From an uncultured delta proteobacterium (GTDB lineage: Bacteria > Myxococcota_A > Polyangia > Fen-1088): a stretch of DNA of 64,000 nt. The DNA is taken from assembly GCA_963737265.1 (NCBI GenBank), contig CAVTRY010000013.1, positions 480,001-544,000 of the forward strand. The letters run 5' to 3'. Within the stretch, counting starts at the first letter, position 1, and each line of letters begins with the position of its first letter. The translations under genes and the position numbers were made by a program. The notes under the pieces are model-generated. The model was not told the DNA's origin, did not search any database, and saw nothing but the letters and a program-made list of their open reading frames with translations. This document shows, piece after piece, positions 1-9,368 of the stretch.

Positions 1-1
1 C

Positions 2-427
2 GATGCGCCCCAAGCGAAGGTAGAACGTGGCGCACCCAGCATGCGTATCGGCGCGCGCGGGCCCATGGGAAGGATTCTCGTGCGCGGCGAACCTGGGCAC
101 GATATCGTCCCAGAGCTCTACCCGAAAGAAGGCGAGCCGATCGTTGACAAGCCAGGTAAGGGAGCTTTCTACGCCACGGACCTGCACTCGATTCTGCAGA
201 ACCGTCACATTCAAAACCTGATTGTGTGCGGCGTCACCACCGAGGTCTGTGTCCACACAACGGTGCGCGAGGCCAACGATCGCGGTTACCGGTGTCTGGT
301 GCCCGGTGACTGTTGCGGCTCGTATTTTCCCGAGTTCCACGAGGTCGGGCTGCGGATGATCAAGGCACAGGGCGGAATATTCGGCTGGGTTACGGACTCG
401 GCCCGCGTTTTGGCTGCCATGGCGTGA
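2..427 (+). CDS. trtA: Isochorismatase-family cysteine hydrolase, triuret hydrolase (TrtA)-like; 5' truncated by the window edge
   Basis: Frame is open from base 2. Motifs [33 protein letters not shown] (catalytic Cys), SYFPEFH and AQGGIFGW match TrtA-type rather than BiuH-type (TTDVC, ATD) residues as I recall them. Confidence 0.75.
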   Translation, partial: DAPQAKVERGAPSMRIGARGPMGRILVRGEPGHDIVPELYPKEGEPIVDKPGKGAFYATDLHSILQNRHIQNLIVCGVTTEVCVHTTVREANDRGYRCLVPGDCCGSYFPEFHEVGLRMIKAQGGIFGWVTDSARVLAAMA

Positions 428-491
428 GGCCACTGACGAATGAATTGATCACTCAAATTGACTGGCAAATGACTGAAAAGAGGGAGAAACT

Positions 492-2108
492 ATGAGCACA
501 ACAGCGACCCCGGCGAAGCCGCGCCTCTGGACACCCGGAGACTGGAACGCCTTTTTCGGTTTTGGAACGAACATTCTGGTCAACCTGCTGGTGTTGACCG
601 GCCTTTTGCGTTTCGTGTTGAAGATGCCCGACCATTTGGTATTCGGACGCATCCTGCCGGCGACGGGGCTGATGCTTTGTCTCAGTACGCTTTACTACGC
701 GCGACTGGCTTACAAACTGGCGGCTAGCACGGGCCGCTCGGATGTATGCGCCTTGCCGTCGGGCATTAGCGTGCCCCACATGTTCGTCGTGACCTTTGTG
801 ATCATGCTGCCGATTGCCAGCAAGACGGGGGATCCCGTCAAGGGGTGGGAAGCAGGATTGACGTGGGTCTTCATTCAAAGCTTCGTTCTGATGGTCGGAG
901 GTTTCGTCGCGCCTGTCATTCGCAAGATCACGCCAAGGGCGGCGCTGCTTGGTACCTTGGCCGGCGTGTCCATCGCCTTCATCTCCATGCGCCCCGCCCT
1001 CGAAATGTTCATGACGCCGGTCATTGGCATCGTCTGTTTCGCGGTTATCCTTGCCAGCTGGTTCGGTGGCGTGCGCTATTTCCGCGGTGTTCCGGCGGGC
1101 TTGGTGGCGATTGCCGTCGGAACTATCATCGCCTGGGGATCGAGCGCCCTTGGCCTCGACTATGGCGGCATGAGCCTAGCCAAGGTGAGAGACTCTTTCC
1201 AGAACTTCGGTTTCGCCGTGCCCCTGCCGGCGGTAAGTCACGTCTTCTCCGGCTTTCAATTCCTCGGCGTCATTCTCGTCACGGCGATCCCGTTCGGTAT
1301 CTATGACCTCGTCGAGGCCATCGACAACGTTGAGAGTGCGGCTGTGGCCGGCGATAGCTTTCCAACCACTCGCGTCCTCACCGCCGACGGGGTCGTCAGC
1401 CTGATCGGATGCTTGATGGGCAATCCCTTTATCAACGCAGTCTATATTGGCCACCCAGGATGGAAGGCCATGGGCGGTCGCATCGGCTATTCCGCCGCGA
1501 CCGGCGTCGCCGTCATCCTGCTCTCGTGGTTCGGAATCATTTCGCTGATGGTGTCGGTTATTCCGGTCGTGGCGATTTCCCCAATCCTCCTCTACATCGG
1601 GATGCTCATCGGCTCGCAGGCATTTCAAGAGTCGCCGAAGAGCCACGCTCCGGCCATCATTCTCGCCCTCACACCGCACGTGGCGGCCTGGGGAAAGCTA
1701 CAGATCGATAACTCCCTCGCTGCCGCGGGGACCAGCGCGGCCGCGGTCGGTCTGGACAAGCTGGGACAGCTCGGCGTGCTCTATCACGGTCTGGCTGTGC
1801 TGGGAGGTGGCTCCATCCTCGCCGGCCTAATCCTCGGCGCCATAGGCGTATTCATCATCGATCGCAATTTCAAAAAGGCCGCGGCGTTTTCTTTTGCGGG
1901 TGCGACGTTGACCTTCTTCGGTTTCATGCATGGTGAGGCCATCGGCATCGGCGAAACCCCGGTGGTGGCCGTTAGCTACCTTGCCGTCGGTGCCATCATG
2001 CTCGCCTGTGCCAAGTTCGCCGTCGCAACGTCCACGCAGACGGTCCGACACCACGACGAAGAGGAAAGCCGCGAGGTTGTCCGCTCCGTGCTCGAAGCCG
2101 CCAAATGA
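492..2108 (+). CDS. NCS2/AzgA-like (xanthine/uracil/vitamin C) permease, candidate triuret/biuret importer
   Basis: 538 aa with many TM helices; motifs GDWNAFFGFG, ALPSG, DNVESA and AVYIGHPGWKAMGGR; RBS GGAG upstream; follows trtA. Confidence 0.8.
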   Translation: MSTTATPAKPRLWTPGDWNAFFGFGTNILVNLLVLTGLLRFVLKMPDHLVFGRILPATGLMLCLSTLYYARLAYKLAASTGRSDVCALPSGISVPHMFVVTFVIMLPIASKTGDPVKGWEAGLTWVFIQSFVLMVGGFVAPVIRKITPRAALLGTLAGVSIAFISMRPALEMFMTPVIGIVCFAVILASWFGGVRYFRGVPAGLVAIAVGTIIAWGSSALGLDYGGMSLAKVRDSFQNFGFAVPLPAVSHVFSGFQFLGVILVTAIPFGIYDLVEAIDNVESAAVAGDSFPTTRVLTADGVVSLIGCLMGNPFINAVYIGHPGWKAMGGRIGYSAATGVAVILLSWFGIISLMVSVIPVVAISPILLYIGMLIGSQAFQESPKSHAPAIILALTPHVAAWGKLQIDNSLAAAGTSAAAVGLDKLGQLGVLYHGLAVLGGGSILAGLILGAIGVFIIDRNFKKAAAFSFAGATLTFFGFMHGEAIGIGETPVVAVSYLAVGAIMLACAKFAVATSTQTVRHHDEEESREVVRSVLEAAK

Positions 2109-2121
2109 GGAACGTCAGGAC

Positions 2122-2850
2122 CTATACGGTCAGGTGCTGACGAATTAGGTCATCGTTAAGGTCGGCCATGGCCCCCTCGGCCATGGTTCGGCCGCGGTCC
2201 ATGATGCAGAAGCTTCGCGAAACCCGGCGGGCGAACGGAAGCTTCTGCTCGACCAAGAGCACGGCAATACCGGCCTCTTGATTGAGGCGAATAATCACAT
2301 CCCCTATCTCGTGAACTACATTCGGCTGAATGCCCTCGGTGGGTTCGTCGAGAATGAGTAGTCTTGGATTGATTGCCAAAGCCCTGCCAATGGCGAGCTG
2401 CTGTTGTTGGCCGCCCGAAAGGTCGCCGCCGCGGCGATTGAGCATTTTCTTTAGAACCGGGAATAGCCCGAAGACTTTGTCGAAGATTTCCTGTTTGGTG
2501 TTCTTGTCTTGGGAATTCTCGCGCGCTGCTCGAGCCGGTAAGCCGATGCGAAGATTCTCCTCAACGGTAAGCTGAGGGAATATCTCGCGTCCTTGCGGGA
2601 CATACCCGATACCAAGTCGCGCCCGCACCTCGGCGCCTCTTCCCACCAGGTTGTGGTCCGCGAATTGAATGCGGCCAGAGCGTGCGGGGAGAAGACCCAT
2701 AATGACCTTCAGGAGGGTGCTCTTGCCTACCCCGTTTCGCCCAGTCAGACAGGTGCAGCCACCCTCGGGCACGCTCAAATGCGTGTCCCACAATGTATGG
2801 CTCTCCCCGTAATACTGATTGAGGCCACCTATCTCCAGTATATTAGGCAC
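2122..2850 (-). CDS. urtE: Urea ABC transporter ATP-binding subunit UrtE
   Basis: Walker A GRNGVGKS, GYVPQGREIFP, LSGGQQQQLAIGRAL, LDEPTEGIQP; last gene of the urt operon. Confidence 0.93.
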   Translation of the reverse strand: MPNILEIGGLNQYYGESHTLWDTHLSVPEGGCTCLTGRNGVGKSTLLKVIMGLLPARSGRIQFADHNLVGRGAEVRARLGIGYVPQGREIFPQLTVEENLRIGLPARAARENSQDKNTKQEIFDKVFGLFPVLKKMLNRRGGDLSGGQQQQLAIGRALAINPRLLILDEPTEGIQPNVVHEIGDVIIRLNQEAGIAVLLVEQKLPFARRVSRSFCIMDRGRTMAEGAMADLNDDLIRQHLTV

Positions 2851-3685
2851 CCAAATACACCTCGATGACGCGTGGGTCGTTTTGAATCTTCTCCATCGGC
2901 CCCTCGGCCAACACGCTTCCCTCGTGTAGGACGGTCACCTTGCGCGCGATCTGACGGATGAACTCCATGTCGTGTTCCACTACCACCACAGTGCGTTCTC
3001 CCGCCAGACGTTTGAGCAGTTGGGCAGTGCGTTCCATCTCGGCATGGTTCATGCCCGCCACGGGCTCGTCCACCAAGAGGACCTTCGGATCCTGTGCGAG
3101 TAGCATGCCGATCTCCAGCCACTGTTTGTGTCCGTGGGCCAGCAGCCCCGCCAGCTCGTTCCGGCGATCGGACAAGCCGACGGTCTCTAGTACCTCGTCG
3201 ATACGAGCGCGGTCGGCCTTGGACATCCGACTGAACAAGCTACTGAAGGCGCCCTTCTTTCCGCGCAACGCCAGCTCACAGTTCTCGAACACCGTGTGTC
3301 CGCCGAAAACCGTCGGCCGCTGGAACTTTCGTCCGATGCCGAGCGCCGCAATCTGACACTCGGACATCGTGGTCAAATCGAAAAGGCGGTTTTCCAAATA
3401 CACTGCGCCTTGGTCGGGACGTGTCTTGCCGGTAATGACGTCCATGAGCGTGGTTTTTCCTGCACCGTTGGGCCCGATAATGCAGCGAAGCTCGCCTCGG
3501 TCCAGGGTAAGGGTCAAGTCGTTGAGAGCCTTGAATCCATCGAAGCTTACGGTGATCTCCTCGACCCAAAGAACCAAACTGGCGCGCTTGCTCGACACAG
3601 CGTGGGCGCTTGACTCTGCTTTGGGCACCAGGCTCGATGATGGGAGATCCCTCGCCGCGAGTGCCATTTCCAGGTCTGGCGTCAT
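2843..3685 (-). CDS. urtD: Urea ABC transporter ATP-binding subunit UrtD
   Basis: VSFDGFKALN, GPNGAGKTT, GIGRKFQRP, LAHGHKQWLEIGM; ATG at 3685 overlaps the urtC stop (ATGA). Confidence 0.93.
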   Translation of the reverse strand: MTPDLEMALAARDLPSSSLVPKAESSAHAVSSKRASLVLWVEEITVSFDGFKALNDLTLTLDRGELRCIIGPNGAGKTTLMDVITGKTRPDQGAVYLENRLFDLTTMSECQIAALGIGRKFQRPTVFGGHTVFENCELALRGKKGAFSSLFSRMSKADRARIDEVLETVGLSDRRNELAGLLAHGHKQWLEIGMLLAQDPKVLLVDEPVAGMNHAEMERTAQLLKRLAGERTVVVVEHDMEFIRQIARKVTVLHEGSVLAEGPMEKIQNDPRVIEVYLGA

Positions 3686-4788
3686 GGCCGCCATTTCCTC
3701 ATGAGCTGAGACCAGGCACCAGCGATGCCCTTGGGCAGAAACAGGGTGACCAAGATGAATAGCGCACCGAGGACGTACAGCCACGCCGAGGGGAATGCTG
3801 CCGTCAGCCAGCTCTTACCACCGTTGATGAGCCACGCACCGAGCACGGCGCCCGCCAGACTTCCCCGGCCTCCTACCGCCACCCAGATGGCCATTTCGAT
3901 GGAGTTCGAGGGCTGCATCTCGCTCGGGTTGATGATGCCGACCTGGGGAACGTACAGGGCGCCGGCGAGCGCGCATAGAACCGCGGAAAAGGTCCAGACG
4001 AAGAGTTTGTAGTTGGTGGATTCGTATCCGCAGAAACGGGCCTTGAGCTCGGCGTCCCTGATGGCGGTTAACACGCGTCCGAGCTTGCTGGTCGTGATAT
4101 AGCGACACGCGACATACGCAAGCAGCAGCGTCGCCCCAGAGATCACGTACAATCCTAGGCGAGTGGTGGGCGCGTGTAGCGGGAAACCAAGAATGTGTTT
4201 GAAATCGGTCAGGCCATTGTTGCCGCCGAAGCCTGCCGAATTCTGAAAAAACAGCAACATCGCTGCATAGGTTAACGCCTGGGTGACGATGGAAAAGTAC
4301 ACGCCTTTGATCTTTGAACGAAACGCGAAGTACCCGAAGACGAAGGCCAGCAATCCCGGTCCCAGTAGCGCCATCAGCATGGCGAAGGGAAAGCTGTCGA
4401 AGCCGCGCCAATACCAGGGAAGGCTCTTCCAATCCAAGAACACCATAAAGTCCGGTAGTACGCTGCGATACACGCCTTCGCCCGCGATGGAACGCATGAG
4501 GTACATCCCCATGGCATAGCCGCCGAGGGCGAAGAAGAGCCCGTGCCCCAAGCTGAGAATGCCGGCGAATCCCCAAATGAGGTCAACGGATAGCGCGGAT
4601 ATGCCGAAGCAAAGGAACTTTCCCAAGAGCGGCACCAAGTAGTCTGGTGTATGCAGCGCCGAGCTCGGGGCCAACACCCCGTTCGACAGCGGCAAGACCA
4701 CGAGCACCAAGGCTGCGGCTGACAATACAGCCACCCAGGCTCGGGTCGTATGCATTTCCAAGAGGCGCTGGCGGACGTGCGCAATCAT
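3682..4788 (-). CDS. urtC: Urea ABC transporter permease UrtC
   Basis: LGKFLCF, GILSLGHGLFFALGGYAMGMYL, GGNNGLTDFK, SIEMAIWVAVGGRG; start set at ATG 4788, just after the urtB stop. Confidence 0.93.
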   Translation of the reverse strand: MIAHVRQRLLEMHTTRAWVAVLSAAALVLVVLPLSNGVLAPSSALHTPDYLVPLLGKFLCFGISALSVDLIWGFAGILSLGHGLFFALGGYAMGMYLMRSIAGEGVYRSVLPDFMVFLDWKSLPWYWRGFDSFPFAMLMALLGPGLLAFVFGYFAFRSKIKGVYFSIVTQALTYAAMLLFFQNSAGFGGNNGLTDFKHILGFPLHAPTTRLGLYVISGATLLLAYVACRYITTSKLGRVLTAIRDAELKARFCGYESTNYKLFVWTFSAVLCALAGALYVPQVGIINPSEMQPSNSIEMAIWVAVGGRGSLAGAVLGAWLINGGKSWLTAAFPSAWLYVLGALFILVTLFLPKGIAGAWSQLMRKWRP

Positions 4789-4790
4789 GG

Positions 4791-6407
4791 TCAGACCTCG
4801 ATGCGCCCCTTGACAGTAAAGATCCCCTGGGGCCGCCGCTGAATGAACAGGATGATGAAGGCCAAAACAACGATCTTGCCCAATACCGCGCCTGCGAAAG
4901 GTTCGAGGGTTTTGTTGAGGAGGCCCAATCCCGACGATGCGACGATGGTGCCAGCCAAACGTCCCACCCCGCCCAGCACCACGACCATGAACGAATCGAT
5001 GATGTAGGTTTGGCCGAGCTCCGGCCCAACGTTGCCAATCTGGGACAGTGCCACGCCACCCAGGCCGGCGATCCCGGAGCCGAGGCCGAACATCCACATG
5101 TCGATGCGCGAGGTTGCAATGCCCAAGCACGAAGCCATCGAGCGATTTTGAGTCACAGCGCGTACCTGCAAGCCCAGGCGCGTTCGTTGCAGCAAGGCCC
5201 AAACCGCCACGGTGACGGCGATTGCGAACAGGATCACCGCGATGCGGTTGTAGGGCAGCACCAGCCCTTCGGCGATTTCCGCCCCGCCGCCGAGCCAGTC
5301 GGGATTGGCGACAGCCACATTCTGGGCTCCGAAGACCAGGCGAACGGTCTGGATCAGACCCAGACTGATACCCCAGGTGGCGAGGAGTGTCTCTAGGGGC
5401 CGGCCGTAAAGGAAACGGATGATCGTTTTCTCAAGAACCACACCGGCAAACAGGGTGGTCAGAAAGGCCAGCGGCACCGCCGCCAGCAAATAGAAGCGAA
5501 TACTACCGGGAAACCAACGCTCAAAGGCGATCTGGACCGCGTAGGTGGCGTAGGCCCCCAGCATCAGCATCTCGCCGTGAGCCATGTTAATGACCCCCAG
5601 TAAGCCAAAGGTCACGGCCAGTCCCAGGGCAGCTAGCAACAGAATGCTGGCCAGGCTCAACCCGTGAAATAGCGCCCCGACCAAATCGACCCATTGCTGG
5701 CGGCTCTCAATCACATCGAGGGCCTGTCTCGCACCCTTGCGAATTCGCTCGTCGGTGGTGGTTGGCGCCGCTAAACGTTTAAGGTCGCTCTGGAGCGAGG
5801 GCGTGCCCAGGGTGCGCGCCACCGCCAATCCGGCCAATTGGCGATCGGGATCGGTGCTCTCTAGATCCAACCGCGCCAAGGCAACAGCCATCGCGTTGCG
5901 AACCTTTGCAATCCTCTCGACGTTCAAGGCGCCTCGCAACAGGGTGGCCGATTCAGCGCTGCCGCGCTCTTCGAGCTCCTTCGCCGCCGCCAATCGCACC
6001 GACTCGGAAGGCGACCGCAACTTCAGCTGGGCCAGCACCGGCAGAGCCTGCCGGCGAACCTGGTTGTTCACCTCCACCTCGTGGGTTCCCGTCGGCTGCG
6101 GATTGGCTACGGTACCAGACAAGGCGCTTCGTAGTGTTCTCTCATGCGGTGCGGTGTAATAGACCGCGCCATCGGGACCGGCCCGCAGGCGATCATCGCA
6201 TAGCGCCTCCAAAGCCGAGACAACGCTCGCGTCCCCCAGGGTCGCGAGCTCATTCAGGCTCCGCTCGACCACCTCGCCGTCCGGTGAAGCCAGTCCCCGC
6301 AAGACCTCTTCCAGCGAGCTAGCCGCTTTCGCCTCCGAAGTGACTGCCGTCGCAGTTATCGCCATGAAGGCTAAGGTGGCGGACTTCTGTCTGGGGTTCA
6401 TCGACAT
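4791..6407 (-). CDS. urtB: Urea ABC transporter permease UrtB with N-terminal periplasmic HEAT-like extension
   Basis: GLSLASILLLAALGLAVTFGLLGVINMAHGE, LYGRPLETLLATWG, IDSFMVVVLGGVG; RBS GGAGG before ATG 6407. Confidence 0.92.
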   Translation of the reverse strand: MSMNPRQKSATLAFMAITATAVTSEAKAASSLEEVLRGLASPDGEVVERSLNELATLGDASVVSALEALCDDRLRAGPDGAVYYTAPHERTLRSALSGTVANPQPTGTHEVEVNNQVRRQALPVLAQLKLRSPSESVRLAAAKELEERGSAESATLLRGALNVERIAKVRNAMAVALARLDLESTDPDRQLAGLAVARTLGTPSLQSDLKRLAAPTTTDERIRKGARQALDVIESRQQWVDLVGALFHGLSLASILLLAALGLAVTFGLLGVINMAHGEMLMLGAYATYAVQIAFERWFPGSIRFYLLAAVPLAFLTTLFAGVVLEKTIIRFLYGRPLETLLATWGISLGLIQTVRLVFGAQNVAVANPDWLGGGAEIAEGLVLPYNRIAVILFAIAVTVAVWALLQRTRLGLQVRAVTQNRSMASCLGIATSRIDMWMFGLGSGIAGLGGVALSQIGNVGPELGQTYIIDSFMVVVLGGVGRLAGTIVASSGLGLLNKTLEPFAGAVLGKIVVLAFIILFIQRRPQGIFTVKGRIEV

Positions 6408-6423
6408 TGCCTTTCCTCCGCTC

Positions 6424-6455
6424 GTCGCCGACGAGGCTCGGGACTCGTCGGCGAC
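6424..6455 (-). terminator. Perfect 12-bp stem-loop between urtA and urtB (mRNA-stabilising or partial-termination hairpin)
   Basis: GTCGCCGACGAG-N8-CTCGTCGGCGAC, in the usual position after the substrate-binding-protein gene of an ABC operon. Confidence 0.6.
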
Positions 6456-6495
6456 CCTGGCATTGACTACATCATGGCCGAGGCTGCGTCCTGTC

Positions 6496-7857
6496 TTAGT
6501 TGTCCGCCGCAAACTTCGGTTCGGTACAGTTGCCGCAAACCCAGGGATAGGTCCAGTCCGCGACCTTCTTGGCGCTGTCGGGAATGAATGGGCTCCAAGC
6601 CTGCGCGCGAATGGGTCCCTCGGTCTTCCAGACAACGTGGAACTGACCATCGGCTTTCACTTCGCCGATAAACACTGGCTTATGAAGGTGATGGTTCTTG
6701 GCGTCCATCTCGATCTCGAATCCCGAGGGAGCCTTGATCTTCTGATAGCCAATCGCCTGGCGCACGGCATCCACCTGGGTGGTCTTCGCCTGTTCGACGG
6801 CGTGGGCCCACATCTTGATCCCGATGTAGGTAGCCTCCATCGGATCGTTGGTCACCCGTTTGTCGCCTCCGGGCAAGTTGTTCTTTTTCACGTAGGCCAT
6901 CCACTTGTCGATGAACGCCTTGTTTTCGGGCGTGTCGATGGACATGAAGTAGTTCCACGCCGCCAACTGTCCGACCAGCGGCTTGGCGTCGATACCACGC
7001 AACTCCTCTTCACCCACGGAGAACGCAACCACGGGAATATCTTCAGCCTTGATGGCCTGGTTTCCGAGCTCTTTGTAGAAGGGCACGTTGGAATCGCCGT
7101 TGATGGTCGAAACCACGGCGGTCCGCTTTCCAGTGGCAAATTTCTTGATGTCGCCCACGATGGTCTGATAGTCGCTGTGCCCAAAGGGGGTGTATTTCTC
7201 CAGGATGTCATCGTCTGTCACCCCCTTCGAATGGAGGAAGTAGCGCAATATCTTGTTGGTGGTGCGGGGATAGACATAGTCGGTGCCGAGCAGAACCCAG
7301 CGCTTGGCGCCGCCTCCCTTCTTGCTCATCAGATACTCGACGGCTGGGATGGCCTGCTGGTTGGGCGCCGCACCGGTGTAGAAGACGTTAAACGACGATT
7401 CCTCGCCCTCATACTGAACCGGGTAAAACAGAAGGCCATTCAGCTCTTCAAACACGGGTAGCACCGATTTGCGCGATACCGATGTCCAACAACCGAAGAC
7501 CACGGCGACTTTCTGGTTCTGGATGAGGTCGCGGGCCTTCTCGGCAAACAGCGGCCAGTTTGACGCCGGATCCACTACCACCGGCTCGATCTTGCGACCA
7601 AGCAGACCACCCGCGGCGTTGATCTCCTCCAAGGTCATCAAGGCCACGTCCTTGAGGGACGTCTCGCTGATGGCCATGGTTCCCGACAGCGAATGGAGGA
7701 TGCCGACCTTGATGGGGCCGGTATCCGCCGCAGGCGCAGGCGCAGCCGGTGCCGCCGGAACGGGGGCCGACGCCGGCTTCGCTTCTTCCGTCTTGTTACA
7801 GCCGCTCGTCGACGTCAGCGACAGGGTCAACATAACTGTTACCAAAGATACACGCAT
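6496..7857 (-). CDS. urtA: Urea ABC transporter substrate-binding protein UrtA (probable lipoprotein)
   Basis: IKVGILHSLSGTMAISE, DPASNWPLFAEKA, FGCWTSVSRKSVLP, FYPVQYEG; lipobox-like TSGC; RBS GGAGG. Confidence 0.95.
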   Translation of the reverse strand: MRVSLVTVMLTLSLTSTSGCNKTEEAKPASAPVPAAPAAPAPAADTGPIKVGILHSLSGTMAISETSLKDVALMTLEEINAAGGLLGRKIEPVVVDPASNWPLFAEKARDLIQNQKVAVVFGCWTSVSRKSVLPVFEELNGLLFYPVQYEGEESSFNVFYTGAAPNQQAIPAVEYLMSKKGGGAKRWVLLGTDYVYPRTTNKILRYFLHSKGVTDDDILEKYTPFGHSDYQTIVGDIKKFATGKRTAVVSTINGDSNVPFYKELGNQAIKAEDIPVVAFSVGEEELRGIDAKPLVGQLAAWNYFMSIDTPENKAFIDKWMAYVKKNNLPGGDKRVTNDPMEATYIGIKMWAHAVEQAKTTQVDAVRQAIGYQKIKAPSGFEIEMDAKNHHLHKPVFIGEVKADGQFHVVWKTEGPIRAQAWSPFIPDSAKKVADWTYPWVCGNCTEPKFAADN

Positions 7858-7906
7858 GTGGGTTCCTCCAACGGAATACAAGGGTTGTTCCTTCAAAGGC
7901 ATTAGC

Positions 7907-9148
7907 CTACTCCTGCATCTGCACGCCAAGCTGAATGGCATTGGACGCCTTCGTCCCGTTCCCAAGGTCTATCCTCTGATAGCCAAGGGCGACTTTCAGG
8001 TCGAAATCATGAATTACGTAGGTCACGAACGCATCGACGATGTTCCACTTCGAACCGCCACCCTGCGGGGAGGCCTGTTGCCACCTAAACAGAGGCTGCA
8101 ATTTCCCCACTCCGATATAGTCCGCGGTTAGAAAGCTCCCCAAAATATAGTAAGCTTGCTTAACTGCCTGACCATCATCAAAGTGGTAGTAGGTCCCCTC
8201 CAAGGAAAGTGTGCCAGCTCCGGGCAAGGTCTTTTCCGCCAACAGATCGCCCAATACGAGCTTCAGGTTCGTCGGAGCCGTTGCCGTCCCGGAGCCATCC
8301 TTCTCATATTGGAAGCCGCCGCCGATCGCCACGATATCCTTGCCTCCGTAGTAGGTGCTGTTGCCCCAAAACCCAGGCTCCGTTCCGAGCAGCGCGATGT
8401 TCACGCGACCGGAGTAAAGAGGGCTTTGCTTGGCGTTTTCGAGATTGAAGACGCCCAGAAAATACTTACCCTTCCCATCGAGGATGTTGCCCCAAACGAC
8501 GGCACCGTCGTCGCGCCCGGTGGGCCCAGTCCTCGGACCCACGAAGTTTGCTCCGTAGCCGCCCGGGTAGTTCCACGGGCTCATGTAGAAAGGACCGCTG
8601 AAATTGGATCGGTCCGAAGGCACCAGGAGCCGGCCGGCCCACACCCGGAATTCATCCACAGGCTCGAACTTGAGAATCAAGTCCATGACCGAGGCCGTGC
8701 CAGTCGGTCCCAGTTCATTGGTGCCGAGGAGGTCGGCGTTGAATCGCGCCTCCCACCCAAAGTACTTGTTGAGCGCCCCGCCAAAGTGCGCCTCGAGATA
8801 CAGGGTGCTCAGGCCAATGTCGTTGAGCTTGCTCTGGTCGGTTGAGCCCTGAATTTGGCCAGCCGCCCGAAGGCCGAAACTGGTGTTGATTTTTGCCGGC
8901 AACCGTTCCAGAGGTACCGCTGGGACGGCCGACGGTGGCGGTGCTGCCATGGCAGGTACAGGTGCAGGTTGAGGCGGTGGCTCTGGGGGCACGGCCGGAG
9001 CCGGCGCGGGAGCCGCGGCTGGCGGCGGCATGTCAGCCGGCGGTGGCTGGGCCTCCTCTGCCATGGCGCTTGGCGCCGTCGCCACTGTTGCCAAAAACCC
9101 AACCATCACAGTTCCCTTCAATCTGCCTCGTTCGGAACGTAATCGCAT
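7907..9148 (-). CDS. Outer-membrane porin (short-chain amide/urea porin-like)
   Basis: Signal peptide, Pro-rich linker, amphipathic beta strands, GRLLVPSDRSNFSGP and GRDDG motifs, C-terminal IQLGVQMQE strand; first gene of the urt operon. Confidence 0.75.
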   Translation of the reverse strand: MRLRSERGRLKGTVMVGFLATVATAPSAMAEEAQPPPADMPPPAAAPAPAPAVPPEPPPQPAPVPAMAAPPPSAVPAVPLERLPAKINTSFGLRAAGQIQGSTDQSKLNDIGLSTLYLEAHFGGALNKYFGWEARFNADLLGTNELGPTGTASVMDLILKFEPVDEFRVWAGRLLVPSDRSNFSGPFYMSPWNYPGGYGANFVGPRTGPTGRDDGAVVWGNILDGKGKYFLGVFNLENAKQSPLYSGRVNIALLGTEPGFWGNSTYYGGKDIVAIGGGFQYEKDGSGTATAPTNLKLVLGDLLAEKTLPGAGTLSLEGTYYHFDDGQAVKQAYYILGSFLTADYIGVGKLQPLFRWQQASPQGGGSKWNIVDAFVTYVIHDFDLKVALGYQRIDLGNGTKASNAIQLGVQMQE

Positions 9149-9290
9149 GTATCCTCCATCCATGTTGCAGCCATGTTGATTAATGCGCACTCTCCCGTCT
9201 CTTGCGGTCGCTGCGCGAGTTGTGGGAAGTATCCAGACACCGCTTCTCTCTTCTGTTTAGAACAATACGAAGTCAATCTACACGATGGGT

Positions 9291-9360
9291 TGTAAACATC
9301 CGATGTCGTTACATGAAATGCTACGTAACATGTGCCATTGGCGTAACCATGGGCATAACA
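9291..9360 (-). promoter_or_regulatory. Candidate promoter/operator region of the porin-urt operon
   Basis: Imperfect palindrome TGTAAACATC-C-GATGTCGTTACA (9291-9313), repeated GTAAC/GTTAC half sites, and sigma54-like TGGCACATGTTACGT on the minus strand (9337-9323). Confidence 0.4.
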
Positions 9361-9368
9361 GGGGTGCA

